Below, piece by piece: positions 19,574 through 30,159 of a DNA stretch of 64,000 nucleotides (its first letter is position 1; every line of letters starts with the position of its first letter). Below the pieces are notes generated by a model. The model saw nothing but the letters and a program-made list of their open reading frames with translations, was not told the origin of the DNA and did no database searches. Location of the stretch: contig JALUWV010000025.1 of NCBI GenBank assembly GCA_027019335.1, positions 19,048-83,047 on the forward strand. Reading direction: 5' to 3'. This DNA comes from Sulfurimonas sp. (GTDB lineage Bacteria; Campylobacterota; Campylobacteria; Campylobacterales; Sulfurimonadaceae). Position numbers and translations under genes: made by a program.

Positions 19574-20399
19574 CGCGATTACCCCATTCTCGCATAGAAG
19601 CATCATAGAGTTTGACGTCTTTAAAGTGTAAATATTGTGAGAGAATATACCAGTTCATAGAGGCTTCTAACCCACCTGTGCAGTAAGTAATAACCTCTTT
19701 TTTAGGATTGAGTTTATAGATATCTTGTAACTCTTTTTTGGATTTAATACAGTAATCATTGTCGATTTTATCTGCCCATGCACTACTTGTCGCTCCTTTG
19801 ATATGCCCAAGTCTTCTGACACCAGAAGATTTTGCTTTCGCATTATAAAAACGTACTGGTCTTGCTTCTATCATAGGAACCTTCCCTATGTGTTGCTTGA
19901 CATAGTTTAAATCGACCAAAATATTTGGATTGAATTTTGCACGAAAATTGCCTTTTTTTACTGGAAGAGATTCTGTCGATGTAAAGCCTTCATAATGAAA
20001 GAGCCATTCATGGTAACCACCATCGAGGATAGAAACATCTTTGAGTCCATTTGTAATGAGAGCCATAGCGATATAGCTTGCTTTGAGTAACTCTTTGGGT
20101 TTATTATGTCCATACAAAACCACTTTTGAATGTTGGTTAATTCCCAAAGAACGAACAACTTTTTGAATTTGTTGTGGTGAATTCATGAGTTGGTATTGCT
20201 CTTTTTGATGTCTAAAATCATTGATATCAACACGTAAAGCAGTTGGGATATGCCCTTGTTTATATGTTTGGCTATCGGTGGTATCTAAAAGAATAATTTT
20301 CTCTTTGTTCATGGCTTGACGGAGTTCATCAGGTGTGATAAACGCAGAAGATGCAAAAAGGAAGGCTGAAGAAAAGAGAAGTGTAAGAAAGAGTTTCAT
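19551..20399 (-). CDS. Secreted tandem-domain rhodanese / sulfurtransferase
   Basis: Signal peptide, GHIPTA, ILDGG..EW, GHIKGA, active-site YCTGGLEA, LYDASMREW. Confidence 0.9.
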   Translation of the reverse strand: MKLFLTLLFSSAFLFASSAFITPDELRQAMNKEKIILLDTTDSQTYKQGHIPTALRVDINDFRHQKEQYQLMNSPQQIQKVVRSLGINQHSKVVLYGHNKPKELLKASYIAMALITNGLKDVSILDGGYHEWLFHYEGFTSTESLPVKKGNFRAKFNPNILVDLNYVKQHIGKVPMIEARPVRFYNAKAKSSGVRRLGHIKGATSSAWADKIDNDYCIKSKKELQDIYKLNPKKEVITYCTGGLEASMNWYILSQYLHFKDVKLYDASMREWGNRDDTPMEK

Positions 20400-20452
20400 G
20401 AGTTTTCCTAATAATTGATTAGGTAAATTATATCTAAATTAAGATAATGGAA

Positions 20453-20477
20453 ATAGTGGTGAAGAGATCACCACTAT
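20453..20477 (-). terminator. Hairpin after trxB
   Basis: ATAGTGGTGA-AGAGA-TCACCACTAT, a 10-bp stem just downstream of the trxB stop. Confidence 0.55.
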
Positions 20478-20479
20478 GA

Positions 20480-21424
20480 TTAATTTAAAAGCTCATCCAC
20501 ATAAGAGATAGCAGAAAGTGCAGCGACTGCACCATCTCCAGCAGCACTCACGACTTGTTTTGGAGCATCTTGACGCATATCGCCTGTTGCAAAAAGTCCT
20601 GCCGTTGAAGTTGCCATTTTTAAATCTACTTTGACTTGTCCAAGTGTATTCATCTCACATAAAAAGTTACCATCTTCTTGTATAAGGGTTTGGTTATTAA
20701 TATCATTCCCAACAAATGTAAAAACACCAGGTACTACAATGTCTCGCATTTCACCTGCTTTGTTTTTCACACGAAGACCAGTAACTCCCATATTATCCCC
20801 ATAGACTTCATCAGGGGAAGCGTTTAAAACGAGTTCAATATTTTGCGTATTTTCGACACGTTTTATGGTGTTTGGAGCAGAACGAAAAGTGTCACGACGG
20901 TGAATAAGATAAACTTTAGAACAGATTTTTGCTAAGTAAAGTGCCTCTTCAAGGGCTGTATCGCCTCCACCTATCACTGCAACTTCTTTACCTTTATAGA
21001 AAAAACCATCACAAGTTGCACAGGTACTCACACCTCTACCCAAAAATTCAGCTTCACCGCTAAAGCCAACACGACGAGGAGAAGACCCCGTACCTATGAT
21101 AACACTATGTGCTTCTTCAGTTGAGCCATCCTCTTTATGAATGGTAAAAATATCGCCCGATTTACTCACACGAGTGATGTTTACCATCTCATGTTTGAGT
21201 CCAAATCTTTGACACTGCTCAGGCCATGGATTCATCAGTTCCATCCCTGTGATTTCACCTGTCACACCCGGATAATTTTCAATCTCCGAAGAGTTCATAA
21301 TCTGCCCACCAGGCATCCCTTTTTCAAACATTGTTACATTTTCTAAACCACCACGAGTTGTATAGAGTCCTGCTGTAAGTCCTGCAGGACCTCCACCGAT
21401 AATTGCACAGTCTAATATTGCCAT
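20480..21424 (-). CDS. trxB: Thioredoxin reductase
   Basis: [32 protein letters not shown]. Confidence 0.97.
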   Translation of the reverse strand: MAILDCAIIGGGPAGLTAGLYTTRGGLENVTMFEKGMPGGQIMNSSEIENYPGVTGEITGMELMNPWPEQCQRFGLKHEMVNITRVSKSGDIFTIHKEDGSTEEAHSVIIGTGSSPRRVGFSGEAEFLGRGVSTCATCDGFFYKGKEVAVIGGGDTALEEALYLAKICSKVYLIHRRDTFRSAPNTIKRVENTQNIELVLNASPDEVYGDNMGVTGLRVKNKAGEMRDIVVPGVFTFVGNDINNQTLIQEDGNFLCEMNTLGQVKVDLKMATSTAGLFATGDMRQDAPKQVVSAAGDGAVAALSAISYVDELLN

Positions 21425-21434
21425 TGTATTTCCT

Positions 21435-21923
21435 TTATAATGAATTTATATTTTTTGCTAATTCTTTGAGATTGTCTAATTTTCTAATCATACTATCTTG
21501 TTTATAAAGTGTATCTTTAGTTCTTTTTATAATAAAAATAGATGGAGAATTATATATGTTAAATCTCTGAATAAAGTTAAGAGATGTTCTTGTTCCACTT
21601 CTTAAAAAAGTGGTGCTTTTTGTGTTTTTACGGACCTTGTTATAGTAATCAATCGCTAAGATTGGAAGTTTGAGTTGTGTTTTTGCAAGGAGTTGCATCG
21701 TATCTGCTTCACGAGAAGAGTAAAAAACAACAATGTATTTATCTGCTTTTGGTGTAAAGAGGTCACTTTTTTCATAAAAAGTCCAATCTTTAAAGTTGAT
21801 AAACTTGTATTCTGAAAACTTGTAGTTGAAGTATGCAAAGGCAGCAGCAATCATCGCCGCACCAAAAAAAGAGGCTAAAATGGTCGAAAGCGATAAGAAG
21901 CTTTTGCCTCTTTGCTTTGCCAT
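21435..21923 (-). CDS. Membrane-anchored hypothetical protein, possibly a Cys-less thioredoxin-like fold
   Basis: N-terminal TM; YIVVFYSS and [12 protein letters not shown] segments; between trxA and trxB. Confidence 0.65.
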   Translation of the reverse strand: MAKQRGKSFLSLSTILASFFGAAMIAAAFAYFNYKFSEYKFINFKDWTFYEKSDLFTPKADKYIVVFYSSREADTMQLLAKTQLKLPILAIDYYNKVRKNTKSTTFLRSGTRTSLNFIQRFNIYNSPSIFIIKRTKDTLYKQDSMIRKLDNLKELAKNINSL

Positions 21924-21936
21924 TTTAGATGTAAAC

Positions 21937-22257
21937 TTACGCTAAAAGAGCGTCTATTTTAGAAGCTAATGCCGCTTTACTTTGCGCACCAACGATTTGG
22001 TCTACCATTTCACCATTTTTGAAGAACATGATAGTTGGGATAGAACGAATTCCAAATTTTACAGCAATTTCTTGCTCTTCATCTGTGTTTACTTTACAAA
22101 TGTTTGCTTTTCCATCGTAATCTTCTGCTAATTCTTCGATTACAGGAGCGATCATACGACAAGGTCCACACCATGGAGCCCAAAAGTCTACAAGAGATAC
22201 ACCCTCAGCAAGAGTTGCTTCAAAATTTGCACCAGTTAATTCTGTGTATTTAGCCAT
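21937..22257 (-). CDS. trxA: Thioredoxin
   Basis: DFWAPWCGPC, IRSIPT. Confidence 0.98.
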   Translation of the reverse strand: MAKYTELTGANFEATLAEGVSLVDFWAPWCGPCRMIAPVIEELAEDYDGKANICKVNTDEEQEIAVKFGIRSIPTIMFFKNGEMVDQIVGAQSKAALASKIDALLA

Positions 22258-22319
22258 TAATAAATCCTTTATTACTTATGTTTTGTGGTATTATACAAAG
22301 CAAATGATTAAATGTAACT

Positions 22320-25300
22320 TTAAAGTTCTATAAGAGTGAAAAGTCCAAAGAAAAATCCAAGTGAACCATAGAGAATGAGTTTGTTAAAATACTTGCCTGC
22401 AAAGGAGTAAAACATATCTTCAAGTTCTTTAGGGTGCATTTCGTTTATCTCTTTTGTAATGACCTTCTTAAAATCAACAGCATTTATCAATTCTGCGATA
22501 TTGCTCTGGATACTCTCAAATGCAGCATCGATGATGATTTGTAAGCTATGGTCTTTGAGCTTCGTGTCAAGCATTGCATTGATATGCTCTAAAAATTTTG
22601 TAAAAAACGGTACTAAAACTGTACGAAGTGCTTCTTTGTCTTGTATAACCTCTTTTAAAAAGTGTTTTAAATCTTTTTGCAGTACTTTTGTATCTAAAAA
22701 CTCTTCTTCTATGAAAACACCCATAAAGGAACCGACTAACTTGTTGAGTGCTTCTTCTAAAGCAGGAGAGGCTCGTAAATTGTCTTGCAGAAAAGCAAAC
22801 TCTTGTAAAAGCATCTCTTTATCAACATCTTTGAGCAGAGATTTGATTTTGACATGATTTAAAATATCTGGAAGTATGGTCTCAATGATAAGGGTGTTGA
22901 ATGTTGCAAAGATGGCTTGTTTTTCAGTAGAAATATTTTTGAAAAATGCTTGTAAAATGTGTTGGATTGGTACTTGAAAAAGTGTATAAATATCGAGTAA
23001 ACTTTTTATATGGAAAAGCTCTAAGATGTCTACGAGTTTGAGAGTAAAAAAATGTTCTATAAAAATATACATACTTTTTTGTAAAGCAGTATTGAAATTT
23101 GTACTTGAAAGAATAGTACTGATGAGGTCATCTACTTTTTTTTGCTTAATAATGTTGTCTTGATAGCCTAGATTTACAATCTTTGTATTTAAAAATGTTT
23201 TGATGATACGATTTATCTCTTCAAGTTTTTCTTCTATAAAATGGGGGACTTTTTCATCTAAAATAATGTCAATCGTCTTATCTATGTCGCGTTTAACAAC
23301 CCACCCAGCACCAAAAGGAACTTTTTTCAAAATCTCTTTACGAATGACTTTTTTGTTCTCTCTGAGAGTAGGTAAAACAACTTCTTCTATGATACGGTTG
23401 AGATTGCGTTCTATAATCTCAGGAAGCATCCCGTTTATCATATCGGAAAGCTGTGTATGTTTACCAAATTCCCCTTTTGTAAAAAAGTTTAAAAGTTCAT
23501 TGATACTGCCATGACCGTAGAAGAGATTGATTAATGCTATGTTTGCGTGTTTTCCTAAAGATGCCTTTATCTCTGTGCCTAAAATTTCATTGAGGCTGTT
23601 TGTTTGGAGAAAGGATTGAAAATTTGGTTCAAGCTGTATGAGAACTTTTTGAAGTTGTTCCTCTTTGGAAAGTATAGAGAGTAAATCATCAAATTTTGCA
23701 TCTCTTAGATATATAAACTCTTTTTCAATATCGGTACTTAAAAATCGGAGTGACTGCTCTTGGTTTACAAAATACTCAAACTGCTCATATAAAAATGTAC
23801 TCAAATCAACTTGCATCGCTTTATTTACGAGGAATCTTGTAAAGAATGTTTTGTACTCGGAACGCTTGTCATAGTAGCTCCTTGTAAGAGTAAAAACTTT
23901 TTGGGCAATCATCGTCTCATTTTTTTCAAGAAAAGTAAAAAGCAGACTGACTGCCTTGTTAGAAATATCAGATGTATTGGAGTTTTGGTGAAGGAGTTTA
24001 TCTACAATCGCATAATTGTCCTCAGAGAGTTGCTTCGTGATAAATGCTTTGAGGGACTTGCTGTTGTTGGTAAAAAAGTCTTCGATTGAAGTACCATTGA
24101 GCATAAATTCATCCACAAAATCAGACATCTTGAGTGCCATTTTTGCTTTGTTTGCAGGTAAAACACCTTGGGAAAGCGGTATCTTAAACTTGCCAATTTT
24201 GAGAGGGGTATAGGGTTGAAAAAGCATTTTAATGGCAAGATAATTTGTCGCAACACCCACAAGACCATAGAGGATAGGATTTGCATAGGCACTTAAAGAA
24301 ACAGCCCCGATTCCCGCTCCTGTAATCCCTCCTAAAAATGCACCAAAGTAGTTAATGGGCTTGAGTTCTTCACCCATAAACTCTTCGACCATATCTTTAA
24401 TCTGTGAAGGTGGGAGTTTTGTAAGCTCATTTTTTACCGCTTCACTAACATTACCGCGTAAAATATCTTCGATGTTTTCTACAATCACTTTGATGAGGAG
24501 CTGTTCAACTGCTTCATAAAGCTCTTCACTTTGGAGTTGTATAATGACATCTTTGATGGATTTTGTTGCGATAAAATCATTGATATATGTCTCATAATCG
24601 ATGTTGACGTCTGTCATTTGGATGGTGTTATGGATAGGCTTTTGAAGAATCGTATCTGCACTACGAAGGAGGGTGTCTAAGAGTGTCGATTCATCGATAA
24701 GCTTGAGTATTTGGTGTGTGATTGTATCAAGCCGTGAACCGAGTATCTCATGTATGGTTTTTTCTTTGAGTTGCATGATATGGCTTCGTGTTTCGTTTGC
24801 GATGAGTTTTTGAAGATTGGGTGAATAAAGATAATTACTTTTGACTTTTTGTATAGCAGTGGGAATAAGCTTGTTTTGTATGAGATTTATATCGATTTTT
24901 GTGTACTCTTTTAGCTGTTTTTCTAAGGCAACATCGACAAGTTTGAAGTTTTTATCTGTTTGGAGTTTGTTGAGGTTATCCATGATAAGTTCTGTGATTT
25001 TCTCTGCTGTGATAATCTTTTTTTCTGAGACAAAAGTATAGAGTTCTCCTATGGATTTGTTTTCCAAAATTTCAAGTAGTTGCTTGATGATTTCTTCTTG
25101 TGCCATCTCTTGATTTTCATGCATAAAAGATTTTACTTGCTCTAAGACACCAAAATCTTGTACAATGTTCGTATAAAATATAGAAACAAATTTCTGTTTT
25201 AGGGGTGCAAAAATCCCATCACTTAAAGCATCATCGATGGAAGTGTTGATGAGAAGTTCTAACTCTTTTTCGTTGCTATCTATAAATGTGATGATTTGTT

Positions 25301-26219
25301 CAATGAGATGGGGTAATTCTGTTTGAATAAAGCGTTTTAATGCCGTAGTAATATCTTCATTCAGAAAATCGAGCAGAGAAGATTCTACTGTTTTAATGTT
25401 TTCTAAAATAGCATACACACTTTCGTTGATGGCATTTTTCCCTGCATCTGTAAGGGCGATAGCTATAAATGTATCAAGGATTTTTTTGATACTTTGCTCT
25501 TTATGTGTAAAAAGTTGTTTGAGATATATATCTTCGAGTGCTTCTTTCATAACACCTAACAGTTCTTCTAGCTTGACATCATGAAACAATTTTTTCAGAG
25601 TTTCATCGATGTTTGTGTCAAACTTCTTGAATTTTAGGGTAAAAATAATATCTTTCACATTCTTTAAAAGCTGTTCTAAGAGTTCTTCAGTGATGAGGTT
25701 TTCTACTCTGAAAAGCTTGAACAGAGGAAGCAATATATCTAAATATATTTGCTTCTCCTTCACCACTGTTTTTGTAACACTTTGTGTAATCTGTAGTAGT
25801 TGTGGACGTGAGACTACTTCTTTGAAAGGTCTTGCAGAGAGTTGTTGTTTTATAGCTTTTCGTTCTTTTTCATAGCGGTTTAAAAAGTGCAAGAGATTGT
25901 CACGTGTGGCATAAATACCTTCAATGGCTTGTAAGTCACGAGAATGGTTTAAGAGTGATTGTGTAAACATATCTCTGACAAGGGTTTGGATATACTCTCC
26001 AAACTCGTGGGATTGGAACTCATCGGCAAGAGTGGTATGGTTGATGAGGTCTTTTTCTATGAGAGCGGAGATATTTTCGACAAACTCCTCATGTGTATCT
26101 TCAATCATTCCTCCAAAACGACCAAAATACTTTTTAAAAAGCATTTTTATGGCGATGTTGTTTGTGATATAACCAGTCCCTGCACCTGTGAGTGTGTTTA
26201 TAAGTAGTTGTGTAAGCAT
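22320..26219 (-). CDS. Giant tandem DUF445 (YheB-like) membrane protein, 1299 aa
   Basis: Two copies of the N motif (GYITNNIAIKMLF; GVATNYLAIKMLF) and two of the C motif (ELKPINYFGAFLGG; YFNKLILYGSLGFFFG). Confidence 0.85.
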   Translation of the reverse strand: MLTQLLINTLTGAGTGYITNNIAIKMLFKKYFGRFGGMIEDTHEEFVENISALIEKDLINHTTLADEFQSHEFGEYIQTLVRDMFTQSLLNHSRDLQAIEGIYATRDNLLHFLNRYEKERKAIKQQLSARPFKEVVSRPQLLQITQSVTKTVVKEKQIYLDILLPLFKLFRVENLITEELLEQLLKNVKDIIFTLKFKKFDTNIDETLKKLFHDVKLEELLGVMKEALEDIYLKQLFTHKEQSIKKILDTFIAIALTDAGKNAINESVYAILENIKTVESSLLDFLNEDITTALKRFIQTELPHLIEQIITFIDSNEKELELLINTSIDDALSDGIFAPLKQKFVSIFYTNIVQDFGVLEQVKSFMHENQEMAQEEIIKQLLEILENKSIGELYTFVSEKKIITAEKITELIMDNLNKLQTDKNFKLVDVALEKQLKEYTKIDINLIQNKLIPTAIQKVKSNYLYSPNLQKLIANETRSHIMQLKEKTIHEILGSRLDTITHQILKLIDESTLLDTLLRSADTILQKPIHNTIQMTDVNIDYETYINDFIATKSIKDVIIQLQSEELYEAVEQLLIKVIVENIEDILRGNVSEAVKNELTKLPPSQIKDMVEEFMGEELKPINYFGAFLGGITGAGIGAVSLSAYANPILYGLVGVATNYLAIKMLFQPYTPLKIGKFKIPLSQGVLPANKAKMALKMSDFVDEFMLNGTSIEDFFTNNSKSLKAFITKQLSEDNYAIVDKLLHQNSNTSDISNKAVSLLFTFLEKNETMIAQKVFTLTRSYYDKRSEYKTFFTRFLVNKAMQVDLSTFLYEQFEYFVNQEQSLRFLSTDIEKEFIYLRDAKFDDLLSILSKEEQLQKVLIQLEPNFQSFLQTNSLNEILGTEIKASLGKHANIALINLFYGHGSINELLNFFTKGEFGKHTQLSDMINGMLPEIIERNLNRIIEEVVLPTLRENKKVIRKEILKKVPFGAGWVVKRDIDKTIDIILDEKVPHFIEEKLEEINRIIKTFLNTKIVNLGYQDNIIKQKKVDDLISTILSSTNFNTALQKSMYIFIEHFFTLKLVDILELFHIKSLLDIYTLFQVPIQHILQAFFKNISTEKQAIFATFNTLIIETILPDILNHVKIKSLLKDVDKEMLLQEFAFLQDNLRASPALEEALNKLVGSFMGVFIEEEFLDTKVLQKDLKHFLKEVIQDKEALRTVLVPFFTKFLEHINAMLDTKLKDHSLQIIIDAAFESIQSNIAELINAVDFKKVITKEINEMHPKELEDMFYSFAGKYFNKLILYGSLGFFFGLFTLIEL

Positions 26220-26279
26220 AGTGAGATTTTAGCTCAAATATGTTTTAATTCCAGTACAATTTAAGAAAAAGAGTGAAAA

Positions 26280-26750
26280 ATGAAACTAAAAATTACAAAA
26301 GGTAAGATTGATGTCCGTCCTCCTGTGGTGAAACCTCACCCTGGATTTTTTTATGAAGTCGGTGAAGCGCGTTTTAGAAAGCTTGTTTTTGACCATTATG
26401 AGTCTATTAGAGAGAGTGATATTGCATTTCTTTTTCCTGTTTTTGATGATGATGATTTTGCAGAAGCACAAAAACATGCAGCAGATTTTTTGATAGAGAT
26501 TTCAGGGGGTCCTGATTATTTTACACAAACACGCGGTGAACATCAAATGGTAGGTCGTCATGCACCTTTTCGGATTGATGAAGATGCACGTAAAAGTTGG
26601 TTGCAACTTTATATACCATTGTTGATGGAGTTAGTAGATGAGGGGATAAGTGAAGAGTATATACAATCTTTTTGGGATTATCTTGACATACATTCTATGT
26701 GGATGGTCAATACAAAAAATCCAAAATCCTGTAGTGTGAAAATCTCTTAA
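26280..26750 (+). CDS. Truncated (2/2) hemoglobin, group II-like
   Basis: LVFDHY (B10 Tyr), GGPDYF, RHAPFRI (proximal His), KSWL (G8 Trp). Confidence 0.85.
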   Translation: MKLKITKGKIDVRPPVVKPHPGFFYEVGEARFRKLVFDHYESIRESDIAFLFPVFDDDDFAEAQKHAADFLIEISGGPDYFTQTRGEHQMVGRHAPFRIDEDARKSWLQLYIPLLMELVDEGISEEYIQSFWDYLDIHSMWMVNTKNPKSCSVKIS

Positions 26751-27526
26751 AACTCTATCATGTGTCGCTTGCGTTTGACAAAGTAAGCACACTCTCTATA
26801 GCCGACATCTTTTGCAATCTTGATGATTTCCTTACTAAAAAGAGCGACTTGTTCGGGTTTATGGGCATCTGAAGCAAATGTTATAGGGATGTTGAGTGAA
26901 AAGGCTTGTTGAAGTAATGGAATCGAAGGGTAGGCTTCCTCGACATCTTTACGCAATCCTGCAACATTGAGTTCTAAGACCATATTTGCATTTTTAATGG
27001 CTTCAAGGGCTTTTTTTGCCATGGTATTTATGTTGCCTTGAGGGAGAAACTTAAACACTTTGATGAGGTCTAAATGCCCTACAATATCAAAAAGTTTTGT
27101 GTTTGCCATCTCCTCGATGGTATCAAAATATTTTTGCCAAACTGCATCTATATTTTGCTTTTTCCATTCACCGATAAACTCAGGATTATCAAAGCCCCAA
27201 CCCTCTAAAAAATGCACAGAACCGATGAGGTAGTCCACATCTGCATTTAAAACTCTTTTATCCATGTGATTGGGGAGATAATCGACCTCGTAGCCGAGTA
27301 AAATGCTAATGTCATCTTTGTACTTTTTTTGTGCAGCTAAAACATCATCTTCGTATACTTGCATTTGTGTAAACTGCATTCGATATTTTGGGTCAAAATC
27401 CATAGGGGCATGGTCAGAAAAACCAAAGTATTGTGTCCCATTTTTTATAGCACTTTCTATGTACTCAGACATTTCCCCTTCGGCATGATTACAAAGTGGT
27501 GTATGGTTGTGTAAATCTACGAGCAT
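26747..27526 (-). CDS. Histidinol-phosphatase, PHP (HisJ/HisK) family
   Basis: DLHNHT, SDHAP, GYEVDY, IGSVH, GHLDL, SDAH. Confidence 0.9.
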   Translation of the reverse strand: MLVDLHNHTPLCNHAEGEMSEYIESAIKNGTQYFGFSDHAPMDFDPKYRMQFTQMQVYEDDVLAAQKKYKDDISILLGYEVDYLPNHMDKRVLNADVDYLIGSVHFLEGWGFDNPEFIGEWKKQNIDAVWQKYFDTIEEMANTKLFDIVGHLDLIKVFKFLPQGNINTMAKKALEAIKNANMVLELNVAGLRKDVEEAYPSIPLLQQAFSLNIPITFASDAHKPEQVALFSKEIIKIAKDVGYRECAYFVKRKRHMIEF

Positions 27527-27603
27527 TTATTCTTCCATTTATTTTATTTATGCTATTATAGTGCTAATTAATAAATTTTACCCAAGTTTGATGGAGATTT
27601 TAC

Positions 27604-28320
27604 ATGACACAAGAAGAACTAGATGCTCTAATGAGTGGTGCAACTGATGATATTGATGCATTGGATGATGAAGTTTTAGAAGAAGAGACAGACACTTTAG
27701 CAGACGATTTAGCGGCAGCTGGTGTTGCATCAGAGGAAAAATCAGCTAAGGATGTCCCTGAAGGTTACTCTGATGAGACAGCAGGTCAATGGCCTCTTCC
27801 TGCGACTGATGAGAACAAGATGGTACACCAACTTGATGATGTAACTAAAGAGAGTGAAGAAAAAGCGACGGAGATTTTTGACATCATTGAAACTATTAGT
27901 GGTGACTTGATGGATAAAGAGGAAAATCTTAATGCTATTACTGATATCTTAAACTCCAATAAAGAGCTTTTTACAACACTTAACGAAAAGTTCCCTGATG
28001 TCGAAGCTTTTAAAACACAACTTGAAAAAAATGAAGATGCTTTGGCACAAGTAGATGACATTACTGAAGTTTTACAAAATAGTGGCGATTCTATCATGAG
28101 TGTTATGGATATTATGCAGTATCAAGATATTCACCGTCAAAAGATTGAACGTGTTATCAATGTGATGCGTGCTCTTTCTAAGTATATGAACACACTCTTT
28201 GAAGGAAAAATTGATGATGAAAAACGTGTTGCTTCTGCACAACATATAGTAGGCGACACACACAATGATGTAGCCTCTACTGATGATATTGAAGCACTCC
28301 TCGAACAGTTTGGACAGTAA
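27604..28320 (+). CDS. cheZ: CheZ-like chemotaxis phosphatase (Campylobacterota type)
   Basis: MTQEELDALM N-terminus, MQYQDIHRQKIERV active-site motif, C-terminal DDIEALLEQFG. Confidence 0.85.
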   Translation: MTQEELDALMSGATDDIDALDDEVLEEETDTLADDLAAAGVASEEKSAKDVPEGYSDETAGQWPLPATDENKMVHQLDDVTKESEEKATEIFDIIETISGDLMDKEENLNAITDILNSNKELFTTLNEKFPDVEAFKTQLEKNEDALAQVDDITEVLQNSGDSIMSVMDIMQYQDIHRQKIERVINVMRALSKYMNTLFEGKIDDEKRVASAQHIVGDTHNDVASTDDIEALLEQFGQ

Positions 28321-29609
28321 TGAAAAAAGTTGAATTACTCTCTCCTGCAGGAACATTAGAAAAACTTAAAATTGCATTTGACTTTGGTGCAGATGCCGTC
28401 TATGGTGGTGTTTCACACTTCTCACTTCGTATTCGCTCTGGAAAAGAGTTTAGTTTTGAAGATTTTGAAGAGGGAATCAAGTATGCCCATGCAAGAGGAA
28501 AAAAAGTGTATGCGACTATCAATGGCTTTCCTTTTAACTCCCAACTCTCGCTTTTAAAAAAGCATATTGTGAAGATGGGTGAACTCAAACCCGATGCTTT
28601 CATCGTAGCAACACCAGGGGTTTTAAAACTGTGTCATGATTTAGTGCCTGATATGCCTTTACATCTTTCTACTCAAGCGAATGTTATGAATGTCTTAGAT
28701 GCTCAAATTTATCATGAAATGGGAGCGACTCGTATCATTACAGCTCGTGAAATCTCTCTTAAAGACCTCAAAGCCATCCGTGCAGAATTGCCTGATTTGG
28801 AACTGGAAGTTTTTGTGCATGGGAGTATGTGTTTTGCTTATAGTGGAAGATGTCTCATCTCTACACTTCAGAGTGGACGTGTTCCAAACCGTGGTTCGTG
28901 TGCCAATGATTGTCGTTTTGAGTATGAGATGTATGCTGCTAACCCTGAGACAGGAACACTCTTTAAGCTTGAAGAAGAACCAGGTGTTGGAACTTACATT
29001 ATGAATTCTAAAGACCTCAATTTAGCCTCACATATGCAAGAGATACTTGATAGTGGTGCGGTAGATAGTGTAAAGATAGAAGGGCGTACAAAAACAGCTT
29101 ACTATGCAGCTACAACGGCAAAAGCTTACAGAATGGCGATTGATGATTACTATGCGGGTGCATATAATGAAACCAAATACCAATATGAACTCCAATCACT
29201 TCAAAATCGTGGCTATACAGATGCTTATCTTGTTTCACGTCCCTTTGAAAAGCACGATACACAAAGCTTGGATTTTAGTATGCAACTCGGCACCCATCAA
29301 GTAAGTGGTGTGGTAAATGAAGCAGGGACACATTTTTTATGTAAGTTTAAAACTGAACCAAACGATGAACTTGAAGTTGTCTTTCCTTTAGGAAGTGAGG
29401 TTGCTCAAGTTGATAATGAGATTGGAACTACATATGAAAGAGATGGAAGATTTTATCTCAAGTTTAAAGAACTTAAAACTGAAAAAGGAAAGGTTTATGA
29501 GGCTATTCACAGTGGCAATACAAATGAGATAGTATTACCAACAAACTTCCCCTCATTTACATTTTTTAGAGTGCCTTCCAACCTAGAAATGGGGACAAAT
29601 CCAAACTAA
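28320..29609 (+). CDS. U32-family protein (TrhP/YegQ-like tRNA hydroxylation)
   Basis: ELLSPAG, HLSTQAN, FVHGSMCFAYSGRC, NRGSCANDCR, KIEGR. Confidence 0.9.
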   Translation: MKKVELLSPAGTLEKLKIAFDFGADAVYGGVSHFSLRIRSGKEFSFEDFEEGIKYAHARGKKVYATINGFPFNSQLSLLKKHIVKMGELKPDAFIVATPGVLKLCHDLVPDMPLHLSTQANVMNVLDAQIYHEMGATRIITAREISLKDLKAIRAELPDLELEVFVHGSMCFAYSGRCLISTLQSGRVPNRGSCANDCRFEYEMYAANPETGTLFKLEEEPGVGTYIMNSKDLNLASHMQEILDSGAVDSVKIEGRTKTAYYAATTAKAYRMAIDDYYAGAYNETKYQYELQSLQNRGYTDAYLVSRPFEKHDTQSLDFSMQLGTHQVSGVVNEAGTHFLCKFKTEPNDELEVVFPLGSEVAQVDNEIGTTYERDGRFYLKFKELKTEKGKVYEAIHSGNTNEIVLPTNFPSFTFFRVPSNLEMGTNPN

Positions 29610-29646
29610 TAATGTATAATTTTAAAAAAATAAAGGAAAAAAATAG

Positions 29647-30144
29647 ATGAAATTTGTATCTATAATAATTGGTAGTAAAAGTGATTATGAGGTAATGAAG
29701 TCGTGTTCTGATACTTTGGAGAGTTTTGGTGTGAGTTATGAGTTGATTATCTCTTCGGCACACCGTTCTCCTGAGAGAACGAAAGAGTATATAGTAGAAG
29801 CAGAGAAAAAAGGGGCGCAAGTTTTTATAGCAGCAGCTGGAATGGCAGCACACTTAGCGGGTGTTTTATCTTCTAAAACTATTAAACCGATTATTGGGGT
29901 ACCGATGTCAGCTTCTGCTTTAAGCGGTATAGATGCACTCCTTTCAACAGTTCAAATGCCAGCTGGAATGCCAGTTGCTACAGTAGCTATAGGAAAAGCA
30001 GGTGCTATCAATTCGGCTTATTTGGCTATGCAAATAATGGCACTTGATAATGAAGAATTAAGTATAAAACTCAAAGAAGACCGTATAGCAAAAGCGAAAA
30101 AAGTTGAAATGGATTCTTTAGAGATAGAGACTATCATAGAGTAA
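29647..30144 (+). CDS. purE: N5-CAIR mutase
   Basis: GSKSD, SAHRSP, AGMAAHL, VQMPAGMPVATV. Confidence 0.98.
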   Translation: MKFVSIIIGSKSDYEVMKSCSDTLESFGVSYELIISSAHRSPERTKEYIVEAEKKGAQVFIAAAGMAAHLAGVLSSKTIKPIIGVPMSASALSGIDALLSTVQMPAGMPVATVAIGKAGAINSAYLAMQIMALDNEELSIKLKEDRIAKAKKVEMDSLEIETIIE

Positions 30145-30159
30145 AATTGAGGAGTTTGC

